A stretch of DNA of 64,000 nt from positions 141,672,001 through 141,736,000 of the forward strand of contig NC_058368.1 of NCBI RefSeq assembly GCF_018350175.1. Reading direction: 5' to 3'. The notes under the pieces are model-generated. The model was not told the DNA's origin and ran no database searches. It saw only the letters and a list, made by a program, of their open reading frames with translations. The translations under genes were made by a program, and so were the position numbers. Positions 39,506 through 53,700 of this stretch are shown piece by piece. Position 1 is the stretch's first letter, and each line of letters begins with the position of its first letter. Source of the DNA: Felis catus. Its lineage: Eukaryota.

Positions 39506-40455
39506 AGAGACATCAGGGTTTGAATCCCAGCCAAGCGCCTGGGAGGGCGGGAGACTGTGGAGTGGGACAAACCAGCCCACTCACACCTGCACAGCACTGT
39601 GAGGATGGCCTGAACAGAGTGGTCTGGGACACCCAGTCAGGGGAGGAGAGACTGGGGTGTCACCATTTTTCTCCCCATCACCCACAAGGTGGGGCTTCAG
39701 GGAACAGACCGTGACAGTGGACCCACGTGGAGGCAGGACCCACCTACACCAAACCATGCCTCTCCATGCATGGTAACTGCTATCTACAGGAGCAAGATTG
39801 ACACTGACCTAACTAGAGAGCCCTTCCTCCAGACCAGTGCAGCCACTGGTTCCAAGGCACCATCAGATATTGGTCCAGCGGTTTTGCATTTTCTGATTTG
39901 ATTCTTGGTCAATTCTTATATATATAGTTTTTTTTTCTTCCTTTCCTCCTTCTTATTTCTTCCCTTCTCTATTCTGGTTGTTGGTCTCTTTAAGCAGACA
40001 TTTTTAACTTATTCTTTTTACACTTCTTCTGTATCCCCTTCTTCTTTGTTTACCTCTCTCTCTTTCTGGACAAAGCCATATAGTTTCTCTGATTCTATGC
40101 CTGGTCAATTTTTTTTTCTCTTTTCTTTTCCCTGCCCCTGCCTTGTCTCTCTTTATATGGAATAAAGCTTCTTCCACCACCACCACCCCCCCCCCCCGCC
40201 ACCTTTAAAATTTTTTCCAGGGTACTTCAATGAACAAACAAAGCACACCTGGTGAAAGGTTCAAACCACCACCACGAGTAGGGAGATAAAGCAACCAGAG
40301 ACACAATAACAGAGAGCATGCAAGTCACTCCAAACACACCTCCTGAAGGGCCAGGCCCTGGACAGTGTATGACCCCTTTTTAATATAGTAGTGTTTGCAG
40401 GTGAAGGACACATAACAAGCTATGAAAACACATAAAGGACAGAAAACTAGCCAAA

Positions 40456-41353
40456 ATGACAGAATGGAAGAATGCTCCTGAAAAGAAATTCCTGGAAGAA
40501 ATGACAGCTAGAGAATTTCTTAAAACATATATAAACAATAAATCTGATAAATAATTTAGAATAATAATCATAATATTAACAGCTGGGCTTGAAAAAAGCA
40601 TAGAAGACAGCAGAGAATCTATTGCTGCAGAGATCAAGAAACTAAGAAATAGTCATGATGAATTAAGAAATGTTGTAAATGAGGTGCAAAATAAACTAGA
40701 TGCAGTGACATCAGGGATGGAGGAAGCAGAGGGGAGAAGAAGTGAAACAGAATATAAAATTATGGAAAATGATGAAGGTGAGAAAAAGAGAGATAAGAAA
40801 ATACTAGACCACGAGGGGAGAATTAGAGACCTAAGTGATTCAATGACACATAATAATGTCCGTATCATAGGAGTTCCAGAAGAAGAAGAGAGAGAAAAGG
40901 GCAGAAGGTTTACTTGAACAATTCATAGCTGAGAACTTCCCTAATCTGGGGAAGGAAGCAGACATCCAAAGCCAGGAGGCACAGAGAACTCCCTTCAGAT
41001 TCAACAAGAATAGGTCTTCTCCATGGCATATCATAGTGAAACTGGCAAAATACAAAGATAAAGAGAGAATTCTGAAAACAGCTAGGGACAAATGGGCCTT
41101 AACCTACAAGGGTAGACACATAAGGGTAGTAGCAGTCCTGTACATTGAAACCCGGCAGTCCAGAAGGGAGTGGCAGGAAATATTCAATGTGCTGAATAGG
41201 AAAAATATGCAGCCAAGAATACTTTATTCAGCAAGGCTGTCATTCAGGATAGAAGGAGAAATAAAAGCTTTCCGAGACAAACAAAAACTGAAGGAGTTCA
41301 TGACCATGAAACCAGCACTGCAAGAGATCCTAATCCTAAAAGGGACTCTGTGA
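40456..41353 (+). pseudogene. L1 ORF1p, disrupted
   Basis: NNVRIIGVPEEEE and EWQEIFNVLNRKNMQPRILYSARLSF peptides; stops and frameshift. Confidence 0.9.
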
Positions 41354-41421
41354 GAAGAATGCTGTGAAGACTACAAAGGACCAGAGACATCATTACAAGC
41401 ATGAAACCTACAGGTAACACC

Positions 41422-44400
41422 ATGACACTAAATTCATATCTTTCAATAATAACTCTGAATGTAAATGGACTAAATGCCCCAATCAAAAGACACAGGGTAA
41501 CAGAATTGATTAAAAAAACATGATCCATCTACATGCTGTCTACAAGACATTCATTTTAGACCTGAGGACACCTTCAGATTGAAAGTGAGGGGATGGAGAA
41601 CCATCTATAATGCTACTGGAAGTCAAAAGAAACCTGGAGTATCCATACTTATGTCAGACAAACTAGATTTTAAACTAAAGGCTGTAACAAGAGATGAAGA
41701 GGTCATTATGTAATAATTACAGGGTCTGCAAATGCAAGCTGGTGCAGCCACTTTGGAAAACAGTATGGAGGTTCCTCAAAAAACTAAAAATAGAACTACC
41801 CTACGACTCAGCAATTGCACTACTAGGCATTTATCCAAGGGATACAGGTGTGCTGTTTCAAAGGGACACATGCACCCCCATGTTTATAGCAGCACTATCA
41901 ACAATAGCCAAAGTATGGAAAAGCCCAAATGTCCATCGATGGATGAATGGATAAAGAAGATGTGGTATATATACACAATTGTATATATATACAATGGAGT
42001 ATTATTCAGAAATCAAAAAGAATGAAATCTTACCATTTGCAACTACGTGGATGAAACTGGAGGGTATTCTGCTAAGTGAAATTAGTCAGTCAGAGAAAGA
42101 CAAAATCATATGACTCCACTCATATGAGGACTTTAAGGGACAAAACAGATGAACATAAGGGAAGGGAAACAAAAATAATATAAAAACAGGGAGGGGGACA
42201 AAACAGAAGAGACTCATAACTATGGAGAACAAACTGAGGGTTACAGGAGGGGTTGTGGGAGGGGGGATGAACTAAATGGGTAAGGGCCACTAAGGAATCT
42301 ACTCCTGAAATCATTGTTGCACTATATGCTAACTAATTTGGAAGTAAATTTTAGAAAATAAAAAATGAAATTAAAAAAAATAATTACAGGGTTTATCCAT
42401 CAAGAAGAGTAACAATTATAAATGTCTATGCACCAAATTTGAAGGCACTCAAATATATAAAACAATCACAAACATAAGCAATCTTATTGGTAAGAATGTG
42501 GTAATTGCAGGGGACTTTAACACTCCATTTACAACAATAGACAAATCATCTGGACAGAAAATCAATGAACAATGGCCCTGAATGATACACTGGACCAGAT
42601 GGACTTGACAGATATATTCAGAACTTCTCATATAAAAGCAGCAGAATATACATTCTTCTTAAGTACCCATGGAACATTCTCCAAAATAGATCTCATACTG
42701 GGTCACAAAACAGCCCTCAATAAATATAAAGGAAGTGAGATCATACCATGCATATTTTCAGATCACAACACTATGAAACTTGAAATCAACCACAAGGAAA
42801 AATTTAGAAAGCTTCCAAAGCCATGGAGGTTACAGAACATCTTACTAAAGAATGAATGGATTAACCAGGCAATTAAAGAAGAAATTTAAAAATAAATGGA
42901 AGTAAATGAAAATGAAAACGAAAACATGACAGTCCAAACCGTTTGGGAGGCAGAAAAGGCAGTCCTAAGAGGAAAATACATTGCAATCAAGGCCTATCTC
43001 AAGAAACAAGAAAAATCCCAAATACAACACCTAACAGCAAACCTAAAGGAATTAGAAGCAGAACAGCAAAGAAACCCCAAAGCCAGCAGAAGAAGAGAAA
43101 TAATAAAGATTAGAGCAGAAATAAACAATATAGAATTTTAAAAAAGCCACAGTAGAACAGATCAATGAATCTAACAACTGTTTTTTTGAAAAAATAAAAA
43201 AAGTGATTAACCCTAGCCAGACTTCTCAAAAAGAGAAGAGAGAGAACCCAAATAGATAAAATCACACATGAAAGAGGAGAGATAACAACCAACACCACAT
43301 AAATACAAAAATTATTAGAGAATACTATGAAAAATTATATACCAACAAACTGGACAACCTGTAAGAAATGGACAAATTTCTAGACACCCACACACTACCA
43401 AAACTCAAACAGGGAGAAATAGAAATTTGAATAGACCCATAACCAGTGAAGAAATTGAATGAGTTATCAAAAATCTCCCAACAAATAAGAGTCCTGGGCC
43501 AAATGGCTTCCCTGGGGAATTCTACCAGACATTTAAAGCAGAGTTAATACCTATCCTTTCCAAGCTGTTCCAAAAATAGAGATGGAAGGAAAGCTTCCGG
43601 ACGCATTCTACGAAGCCAGCATTAACTTGATTCCCAAACCAGACAGAGACCCCACTCAAAAGGAGAATTACAGGCCAATATCCCTGATGAACATGGATAC
43701 AAAAATTCTCAATGAGATACTAGAAAATCAAATTGTACACCATGATCAAGTGGGATTCACTCCTGGGATGCAGGGCTTGTTCAATACTTATAAATCAATC
43801 AATGTGATATATTACATTAATAGAAGAAAGGATAAGAACCATATGATCCTTTCAATAGATGCAGAAAAAGTATTTGACAAAATACAGCATCTTTTCTTAA
43901 TAAAAACCCTCAAGAAAGTCGGGATAGAAGGAATATACCTTACCATCATGAAAGCCATCTATGAAAAGCCTACAGCTAATATCATCCTCAATGGGGAAAA
44001 ACTGAGAGCTTTCGCCCTGAGATCAGAAACACAACAGGGATGTCCACTCTCACTGCTGTTGTTTAACATAGTGTTAGAAGTCCTAGCCTCAGCAATCAGA
44101 TAACAAAAGGAAATAAAAGGCATCCAAATTGGCAAAGAAGAAGTCAAACTTTCACTTTTCGCAGATGACATGATACTCTACATGGAAAACTTTAAAGACT
44201 CCACCAAAAACCTGCTAGAACTGATACATAAATTCAGCAAAGTTGCAGGATACAAAATCAATGTAGAGAAATCGGTTGCACTTCTATACATCAATAATGA
44301 AGCAACAGAAAGAGAAATCAAGAAATTGATCCCATTTACAATTGTACCAAGAACCATAAAATTGACCTAAGAATAAACGTAACCAAAGATGTAAAAGATC

Positions 44401-45807
44401 TGTGTGCTGAAAACTATAGAAAACTTATGAAAGAAATTGAAGATACAAAGAAACGGAAAAACATTCCATGCTCATGGATTGGAAGAATAAATATTGTTAA
44501 AATGTCAATACTACCCAAAGCAATCTACACATTCAATGCAATCCCAATCAAAATAGCACCAGCATTCTTCTCAAAGCTAGAACAAACAATCCTAAAATTT
44601 GCATGGAACCACAAAAGATCCCAATAGCCAAAGTAATGTTGAGAGAATGGAAGTGGGAGGCACCACAATCCTGGACTTTAGCCTCTACTATAAAGCTGTA
44701 ATCATCAAGACAGTATGGTATTGGCACAAAAACAGACACATAGACCAATGGAGTAGAATAGAGAACCCAGCATTTTACCCACAAATGTATAGCCAACTAA
44801 TCTTTGACAAAACAGGAAAGAGTACCAATGAAAACAGACAGTTTCTTTAGCAAATGGTGCTGGGAGAACTGGACAACAAATGAAACTGGACCACTTTCTT
44901 ATACCATACACAAAAATAAACTCAAAATGGATAAAAGACCTAAATGTGAGGCAGGAAACCATCTCTTTGACCTCATCTGCAGCAACTTCTTACTCCACAT
45001 TTTGTCAAAGGCAAGGGAAATAAAAGCAAAAATGAACTATTGGGACCTCATCAAGATAAATAGCATTTGCACTGCAAAGGAAACAATCAACAAAACTAAA
45101 AGGCAACAGATGGAATGGAAGGATATTTGCAAATGACACACGGGATAAGAACTTAACAGACTCAACACCCAAAAAGCAAATAACCCAGTGAAGAAATGGG
45201 CAGAAGACATGAATACACACTTTTCCAAAGAAGACATCCAGATGGCCAATAGACACATAAAAAGATGCTCAACATCACTCATCATCAGGGAAATACAAAT
45301 CAAAACCTCATTGAGATACCACCTCACGCCAGTCAGAGTGGCTAAAATGAACAAATCAGGAGACTATAGATGTTGGAGAGGATGTGGAGAAATGGGAACC
45401 TCTTGCACTGCTGGTGGGAATGCAAACTGGGGCAGCCGCTCTGGAAAACAGTGTGGAGGTTCCTCAAAAAATTAAAAATAGATCTACCCTATGACCCAGC
45501 AATAGCACTACTAGGAATCTATCCAAAGGATACAGGAGTACAGATTCAGAGGGGCACATGCACCCCAATGTTTATAGCATCACTTTCAACAAAAGCCAAA
45601 TTATGGAAAGAGCCCAAATGTCCATCAACTGATCAATGGATAAAGATGTGGTTTATATATACAATGGAATACTACTTGGCAATGAGAAAGAATGAAATCT
45701 TGCGTTTTGCAACAACGTGGATGAAACTGGAGGGTATTATGCTAAGTGAAATAAGTCAGTCAGAAAAAGACAAATATCATATGTTTTCAGTCATATGTGG
45801 AAGTTGA
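41422..45807 (+). pseudogene. L1 ORF2p (endonuclease, RT, C-terminal domain), disrupted
   Basis: MTLNSYLSIITLNVNGLNAPIKRHR start, SDHN endonuclease motif, QGCPLS, FADD; many stops/frameshifts and a nested L1. Confidence 0.93.
41726..42378 (+). mobile_element. Nested younger felid L1 3' fragment
   Basis: TSD aataattacagggt at 41712 and 42379; closely matches 29070-29725. Confidence 0.95.
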
Positions 45808-46091
45808 GAAACTGAATAGAAGACTAATGGGGGAAGGGAAGGGGAAAAAATAGTTTCAAACAGAGAGGGAGGCAAACCATAAGAGACTCTTAAATACAGA
45901 AAACAAACTGAAGGTTGATGAGGTGGTGGGGGAGAGGGGAAAATGGGTAATGGGCATTGAGGAGGGCACTTGTTGGGATCAGCACTGGGTGTTGTATGTA
46001 AGCAATGAATCATGGGAATCTACCCCCGAAGCCAAGAGCACACTGTATACACACTGTGTGAAGTAACTTGACAATAAATTAAATTAAAAAA

Positions 46092-46172
46092 AGGAAGAAG
46101 AAGGAGGAGGAGGAGGAGGAGGAGGAGGAGGAGGAGGAGGAGGAGGAGGAGGAAGAGGAGGAGGAAGAAGAG
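46092..46172. repeat. (GGA)n purine repeat in the L1 tail
   Basis: Directly visible. Confidence 0.95.
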
Positions 46173-46265
46173 AAGGGGGGGGAGGGGGAAACCCAGGAGT
46201 AAATCCCTGTGACCTTGAGTTAGGCAAAGCCTTCTTACATAGGACATCAAAAGTACAAATGATAA

Positions 46266-46482
46266 GGGGCGCCTGGGTGGCGCAGTCGGTTAAGCGTCCG
46301 ACTTCAGCCAGGTCACGATCTCGCAGTCTGTGAGTTCGAGCCCCGCGTCAGGCTCTGGGCTGATGGCTCGGAGCCTGGAACCTGTTTCCGATTCTGTGTC
46401 TCCCTCTCTCTCTGCCCCTCCCCCGTTCATGCTCTGTCTCTCTCTGTCCCAAAAATAAATAAAAACGTTGAAAAAAAAATTT
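46266..46482 (+). mobile_element. Young cat-type SINE
   Basis: TSD aaaagtacaaatgataa. Confidence 0.96.
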
Positions 46483-46644
46483 AAAAGTACAAATGATAAA
46501 AGAAAAAATAGATAAATTGGACTTCATCAAAACAAAAAACTTTTGAATTTCAAAGAACACCAAGAAAGAGAAAAAAACAACCCACAGAAGGGGATAAATA
46601 TTTGCAAATAATATCTGATAAGGGATTTGTATCCAGAATATATA

Positions 46645-46868
46645 GGGGCGCCTGGGTGGCGCAGTCGGTTAAGCGACCGACTTCAGCCAGGTCACGATCT
46701 CGCGGTCTGGGAGTTCGAGCCCCGCGTCCGGCTCTGGGCTGATGGCTCAGAGCCTGGAGCCTGTTTCCGATTCTGTGTCTCCCTCTCTCTCTGCCCCTCC
46801 CCTGTTCAAGCTCTGTCTCTCTCTGTCCCAAAAATAAATAAACGTTGAAAAAAAATTAAAAAAAAAAA
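46645..46868 (+). mobile_element. Young cat-type SINE
   Basis: CpG-intact consensus; TSD agaatata. Confidence 0.96.
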
Positions 46869-49445
46869 GAATATACAAATAACTCTTAACAACTCAATAA
46901 TACAAAGAGGGTCTGAATTAGGCATTTCTCCAAAGAAGATATACAGATGGCTAATAAGCACATGAAAAGATGCTTAACATTACTAGTCATTAAGGACTAA
47001 TGACCAAACTGAGACATGTCATACCCACCAGGATGACTATAATCAAAAAGAGATACAAAAACAACTGGAACCTTACATGTAATATCAATGTAAAATGATG
47101 CAGTCACTTTGTAAAACAGTTTGACAACTTCTCAAAATCTTAATTGTAAATTTACCATTTGACCTAGCAATTCCACTCCTAGGTATGTACTCAAGAGCAA
47201 TGAAAAAGCACAAAAACTTGTCCACACAAAAACTTGTACGCGAATGTTCACAGCAGCATTACTCATAGAAGCCACAAAGTGGAAAAAAACTCAAATATCT
47301 GGGTGGATAAGAAAAATGTAGTATTTCTACACAATGGAATATTATTTGACAATAAAAAGGAATAAAGTACTACAACACGGATGAAACTTAAAAACATTAT
47401 GCTAAGTGCAAGAAGTCAGTCACAGAAGACTACATATTGTAAAATTCCATGTATATGAAATGTTCAGAATAGGCCAATCCAGAGAGACAGAAAATAGATT
47501 ACTGATTGCCTAGGGCTGGGGATGGGGAGGGGCAATACGGAGAGAGCCTGCTAACGGGTATGGTGTTTCTTTTCGGTGTGATAAAAATGTCCTAAGATTG
47601 ATTGTAGTGATGGTTGCACAACTCTGAATATACTACCAACCACTGAATTGTATGCTTCAAACGGGTGAATTGCAGAGTAAGTGAATTATGTGCCAGTAAG
47701 CCTATTAAAAATATATAGCAGTAATATGAAGAACGTCTGTATAACAGACATTGTCTTCTTTGTATTCCACTATTGTTAATATTTGACTTTTTTAATTTGA
47801 AAAAAGTATGCTCTATTCTTGGAAACATCCTTTTGATATATTATGTTCTGTCTCCGCCAATTGTGAAGTGCTATTATTAATAAAAATTAATTATGTTACC
47901 TACTATGAGTAGCTGACATTAGACGGTGCTTAAGAGCAGACAGGCCTTATTCCTGTCCTCCATGTGAAACATAACTTTTTGAGCAGAGTCAGGTTTTTTT
48001 CTTTTTTTTTTTTTTTTTTGCTTAGAATAGGAAGGCATAGACATATTCAATTTTAGTAAAATAATCTTACAGACTATCTGTGGGGACCTTTTTGATGTGA
48101 AATTAAATTGTGGCACAGACAGAGATTTTATTACATTTACATGGACCCATAAAATAACTTTTATGGTTCCCAGTGGTGCAAATCCTCCTTAATTTTGTTA
48201 ATTATTTCCCCCCAGTTATCCTTAGCCATGTCTGCTAATTCAGTATTGATCTTGATACTAAGATATGTTATGGTCTTAGAAATTCACTTGAGTCCCCACT
48301 GATGAAAAGAACTAAGGAAGCAGATCTTACCCGAGGTAATGTTTTGGATAGATTCCAATTAATATTATAGCTGAGGATGACGATGTCCTTCCTCCCAATG
48401 TTCTGACTTGTTCTTCAGAGCTGGCTTTATAAGCCAGAATAGGATGTTAGGGACTGTCCCAGAAAAATCTGAGGGGGAGATGGTTTCGCACCTGCACTCT
48501 GGTATGCTCATCCTGCTTTCGTTATGCGCTCCCTCCCACATGAACCTGGAAAATGATCTGTTATTCTGCTTGTTTCTATTTTTTTCTGTATTAATCCTTC
48601 CCAATTAACCTATTCACACTTCAATTGGAATTTTCTGAGGGAAATGTCTTAAATAAACTGTTCTTAACTGCACTATTCAGCAATTTCTTACTATAGTTAT
48701 ATTACTGATGTTTTTAAATGATTTGCTTTAAAAAATAATAATAAACAAGACCATGTTCAAGGTTACCTTCTCACTCTCAGTTGCCTCTGGGTATGATTTG
48801 GAGTGGGGAAGGGTGCAGTTACCCCTAACACAGTGGGAATCGGATATAATCCTCTGTCCAGAGGGAGTCACATTGGTCAAAGGACCTTCCTAGTTGGCTC
48901 ATTTCACTTTACCAAGCATTTGTGGAATACCTACTATGTACAAAGCATTAGTCGGATACGAGTTGCTTTTTCAAACTAAAACTTCAACGTACCTTCAATT
49001 TCTGGGTCATCCAATTAATTCTAACATGTTAAAGGACTTTCTGTTTTATGATACATAATTATATAACGTAGGCCTCTTGTGAATCTTAATTCTTTCATTA
49101 ACTTACCTCATTTAACTTATTAGATACCCATTTATAGCTTTGTAAAATGTACTGTACTTAAAAGTAATAACTGCAGCCCTTTAAAATATTTTAAAATTCA
49201 TTTTTTTCATTAAAAATCAAACTAATTTCTTCTTCCCCTGTCTATTATTTTGAAATATTGAGGTTATGCTCCTCAGATTCTTTTGTCTTGTTTCTTTCTC
49301 TCTCATATTCTCAGGTCTCAAAGGACACCCCATGGGGTAACTTGGAACACACTCCTGACTCACAGTCTTGGACTCTGGTTGATGATGGGAACAATTAACC
49401 TGCTTAATACTCCCTCTCTCTCCAGGTTGCAAGGGTAATTAAGTG

Positions 49446-49465
49446 GTGTGCGTGTCTGTGTGTAG

Positions 49466-49517
<52 letters not shown>

Positions 49518-49573
49518 GGAGAAAGAGAGAGAAAGAGAGAGAGAGAAAGAGAGGGAGAGGGAGAGGGAGAGAG
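49446..49573. repeat. Compound (TG)n(GA)n microsatellite
   Basis: Directly visible. Confidence 0.95.
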
Positions 49574-49844
49574 ACATGGGGTGGGGTGTGTTGCCTTGAC
49601 GAAAGTTAAACCCCAGGATGTTTTCTGAAGTCAGCCAAATTTGCCTCTTTCTTCATTAGTTTCACCCTTTTCCGTCCTGGGTGATACCCTCTGATCCCCA
49701 CTTCAGTCACCTGTGGTTGTCTTCCTTATTCTCCTATTAAAATACTCTCAAATACTCCACTTACACACATTTATATGGAAAAACACTTTGAAATTATTTT
49801 ACATATTTACATTTAATAGGCAAGTATTCTTTAAGTACCTTTCT

Positions 49845-50285
49845 GTTCAATAAACCATTCCAAAACTTAGTGGTTTGAGACACAAAAAATTACCTTTCAC
49901 AGTTCTACAATCTGGGACAGGCTCAGCAGGGTGGTTCTCCAACTCCATGTGGTGTCTGCTGGGACTGGAAAGTCTAAGAAGGCTTCTTGCTCACGTACCA
50001 GGTGCCTCCAGAGGGATGGCTGAAACAGCATGGTGTTCCTCACAGCATGGTGTTCTTACAGTGACTGGACATCTTGCATAGTAGCTGGCTTCTCATTGGG
50101 AGCAGGCCTGAGCTGCTAGTCCTCCTAAAGGCTAAGGGGTGGACTTACGCGAACAACAGCTTCACCCAAGCAATTCCCAAGGCCAGCCCAGGTTCAAAGG
50201 CAGGAGAAATAAACTCCATCTCTTGACTGGATGATTGGCGTACATGTACTGGACAGGGAAGAACAACTGGGAACAGCTGTCTTGC
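49845..50285 (-). mobile_element. MaLR LTR (MLT1H/I-like)
   Basis: aaccattccaaaacttagtggtttgagacac...tgggacaggctcagcagg. Confidence 0.7.
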
Positions 50286-50525
50286 ATAACGTACAAAATT
50301 AATATACAACGGGGTACAGGGTGTGAAGTATGTTTTTTGACAGCCCCATCCCTGAGACACTATTATGCTTAAGTATGCTTTCAGAGATATTCTATACATC
50401 AATAAGCATAAGCTTTATGTATATGTATGTATGTATATATATATATATATACACATACTCACACATATATATCAATAATGTGTTTTATATAGTTTTATCC
50501 CAATGTCCTGTGTCCATGCTTTACC

Positions 50526-50723
50526 TTTTTAAAATTTTTTAATTATTATCTTTTTAACTTTTTTTTAATATGAAATTTATTGTCAAATTGGTTTCCACAC
50601 AACACCCAGTGCTCATCCCAACAGGTGCCCTCCTCAATGCCCATCACCCACTTTCCCCTCCCTCCCACCCCTCCATCAACCCTCAGTTTACTCTCAGTTT
50701 TTAAGAGTCTCTTATGGTTTGGC
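50526..50723 (-). mobile_element. Short felid L1 3' end
   Basis: Reverse match to 24930-25080; TSD tccatgctttacc. Confidence 0.93.
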
Positions 50724-53700
50724 TCCATGCTTTACCCTTTAATTTAATCATACATCTAGAGTTAGTTCTGTTTTATGTAATTGCTACAAATATTCCTTCG
50801 GTGGATATTTAGCTATTTCTCATCTCTTGTTATTACCAACACTATTTCAGGGAATATCACTGTGTGTGTGTGTGTGTGTGTGTATAAATATGCACATACG
50901 GGTATATATATAGATTTCTAAAATATAAGTTTGTCAGAAAGAAACATTCCTATAAGAAGAATTGCTGGCCCAAATAATATATGCATGTACAATGTTATTA
51001 GGTCAACAACAGTAAAGCAGGGAGGAACCTCCAAGTCAGTGGTTCTCCAATTGGGGGCGTGTGGGTGTGGAAAGCCTTGTCCGCCATAGGAGACCCCTCC
51101 GTGCCTCCAAGTGACACCAGCCCAGCCACCAGTAGTTGCAATAATACTCCCTTGTCTCGCTGAAAACCAGTCAGAGACCAACTGCCTCATTTGGCAGGTG
51201 AGCATACTGCAGCTCTGAGTGCCTGGCTTGCCCGTAGGTGCCCCACTCACACTGTGAACAAATTGGTCTCCTCCCAAGTCTCCTAGCAAATGAGCAGTCA
51301 ATGCAGGGCCACCTTGGTACAGATCAAGTTTGCCCAGTGAACGTCCTATGAAGCACTAGAACCCCTAAAGTCTCCCCGCTCTACAAAACAGAAAAAGATT
51401 CTGTCACCGAGCTTGTCTAGGGGTGCTGCCAATTCCACGCCCCCATTCGCAATCAACAAGGGCAAACAGACCCGGGAACTTGCCTCCAAGAAACTTGTTT
51501 GATACTGTTATTGACAGAATGGACTTAACTACCTGCTTCCTGAATGAATTTGACTACCACACCCTGGCTTTCGAATACCCATTTTGCTAACTGCTTATGG
51601 AACTAAGTTTTCTGAGAAACAGTCTTTGGGAAAGGGTGACATACAAGAAAGTTGCTGTACTAGGAGGCTGGCTCTGCTCTCAACCAAATGAAATCTTGAA
51701 TAGGTTCAAAAATCTCTCTGGACCCTGGGCAGTGGAATTGTCTTATTTATTATTTATTTATTTAATCCTTCCACCAGGGAGGATTACTGTAGACAAGGCA
51801 GTATGTTGTGTCGGACAGGGGACATTGAGGTTCAATCTGCTTATTTGTCCCTTTGAATTCTAATTTAATCTGTTCTTCAGCTTAGTGTATTCTAGTGAAA
51901 GTAGATATGAGGGGTCCAGCTGGGCTTTTTGATTCGGTGTTCCTGCTGCCCATTACCCTGACCATCCCCTCCCGATTCACTCCCACTTTCAGATAAGAGA
52001 AAAAGCCAGGGAGTTGGGCAGGAACCAGGCTGACCTCAGACATGCACATAGCAGGAGACGAATACCTCTCACCCTGTATCTTTGCCACTTCTTCTCTGGA
52101 TAGGCCATAAACAAATTCTGTGCTCAGGGAAAAATGATCTGGTATTCTTATATCAAATTCATATTACCTTTACAAATGAGAACAGATCTTCAAAGCAGGT
52201 GTACTGTGATTTGTTTTGACTCTTTACTGCCTCCAACTGAGATGTTTTACATATACTAATCTAAAGACAATGAATCCTGAGCTGATTTCATGAGTGTAAG
52301 TTATTCCAGCCCTGAAATGAAGGGGCTGCTATGTGTCAGAACACACAGATGCATAGGCAACCAAGAGCTATCTAGCTAAATATCTTTTTTTATTAATCGG
52401 AGCTTCGGAGGTAAAATCTCCTTCTCAGGGACATCAAGGTGATTTGTGACACTCTCCGCACACCTTTAGATTCACAAACCAATGAGTACATCACACCAAT
52501 CTCTCGTTTTCTCATCAGTGGCAGACATAAAACACAGGTAATCTTCATTTTACTCAGATGTTTCAATTAACTGTGAAAACCCCTTGGCTTATATTATAGA
52601 AGCATTTGTGAGTATTTCATTTTCTTTCAGTTTAAGCATCAACTAGAACATACACTTAAAATCTTGTTACATTTCTTTTAGAAATTGGTACAATTAAATG
52701 GTTGAGCTGACTGTAAGAAAGACAGAAACAATGAATCATAAGGACACCTGAGATCTACCTTTTTAGCCGTCTTCCCAGGTGTTAGATTCACAGTTTAGGA
52801 AGGCAGGATCTGTTTTTTATGTTCACCGAGAACACAGAGGCCTGAAAATGGGAAATTCAAACACGTTTCTTTGCTAAGAATTCACCTCTTTGCACACCTC
52901 TAAATATGCTTCCCTTGACTTTTTCTCATCCCTAGCCCATGCAGCAAGCACAGACATCTAGCGAAATTGTCTAAGTTAACCCACAAGATATTTACAGTCT
53001 TTTAAAACTCTTTTTAAAAAGAATCTTATGTTTATTACAACAACAACACACATCAAATTTCTATTCTCTTGTGGACAGTTTGAGAAGTCATGAGCTTCAG
53101 ATTGTTTTGTTTGTTTTGTTTCCCGAGCTTCGAAAATGCGATGAATCTTTACATCTTTAAATTATTTTCTTAAGTTTCACATTGCCTCTGGAACTAGTAG
53201 AAGCAGAGGACATTAAGTTAAATAAGTGTTAATTTTGTCATGGTGACTGCAAACAAATGGCTTTAATTGAATTAGGTGTTATTTGCTTTTGTTTTTGTTT
53301 GTTTTTTAAACTGAATTGAGGGAAACAATTGGTTACTTTAGCATCACAGAGATTAAATTTAGAAAACTGTATTAAACATTACACCAATTACATCTCTTGG
53401 AAATTTGCACATGACCATGGCTTAATAAATACAATTTTGTTGACAGTTTGCGAGTACAGCATCCCAAACAGTAGGTGATAATAATGGTTCAGACTAGCTC
53501 CAATTCTTACAGCTCTTTTAAAATCAACTGTGATAGAGCAGTGAGAGGTGCCACTTCCCCTTGCTGTCATTATGAAGATGTAATTCTGTTACAATTATTT
53601 AATCCCAAAGGCATTATTACACCTGTTCAGCAGTTTTCAACCATTCACTAAAATGATGTACAACTCCACTGTGATAAATCTCAGAGTGGTTTTTTTATTA

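Larger units (their letters stand above)
38750..46186 (+). mobile_element. Full-length inactive carnivore/felid L1
   Basis: 5' start GGGAGGAGCCAACATGGC, 5' UTR, ORF1, ORF2, 3' UTR; TSD ggaaacccaggag at 38737 and 46187. Confidence 0.95.
46200..47712 (+). mobile_element. Old L1M (MB-like) ORF2 end and 3' UTR (host, right part)
   Basis: gtgaccttgagttaggcaaag...atggttgcacaactctgaatatacta. Confidence 0.88.

Noticed and set aside
46020..46250. Poly-leucine, signal-peptide-like ORF
   Set aside because: Translation of the (GGA)n L1 tail on the antisense strand
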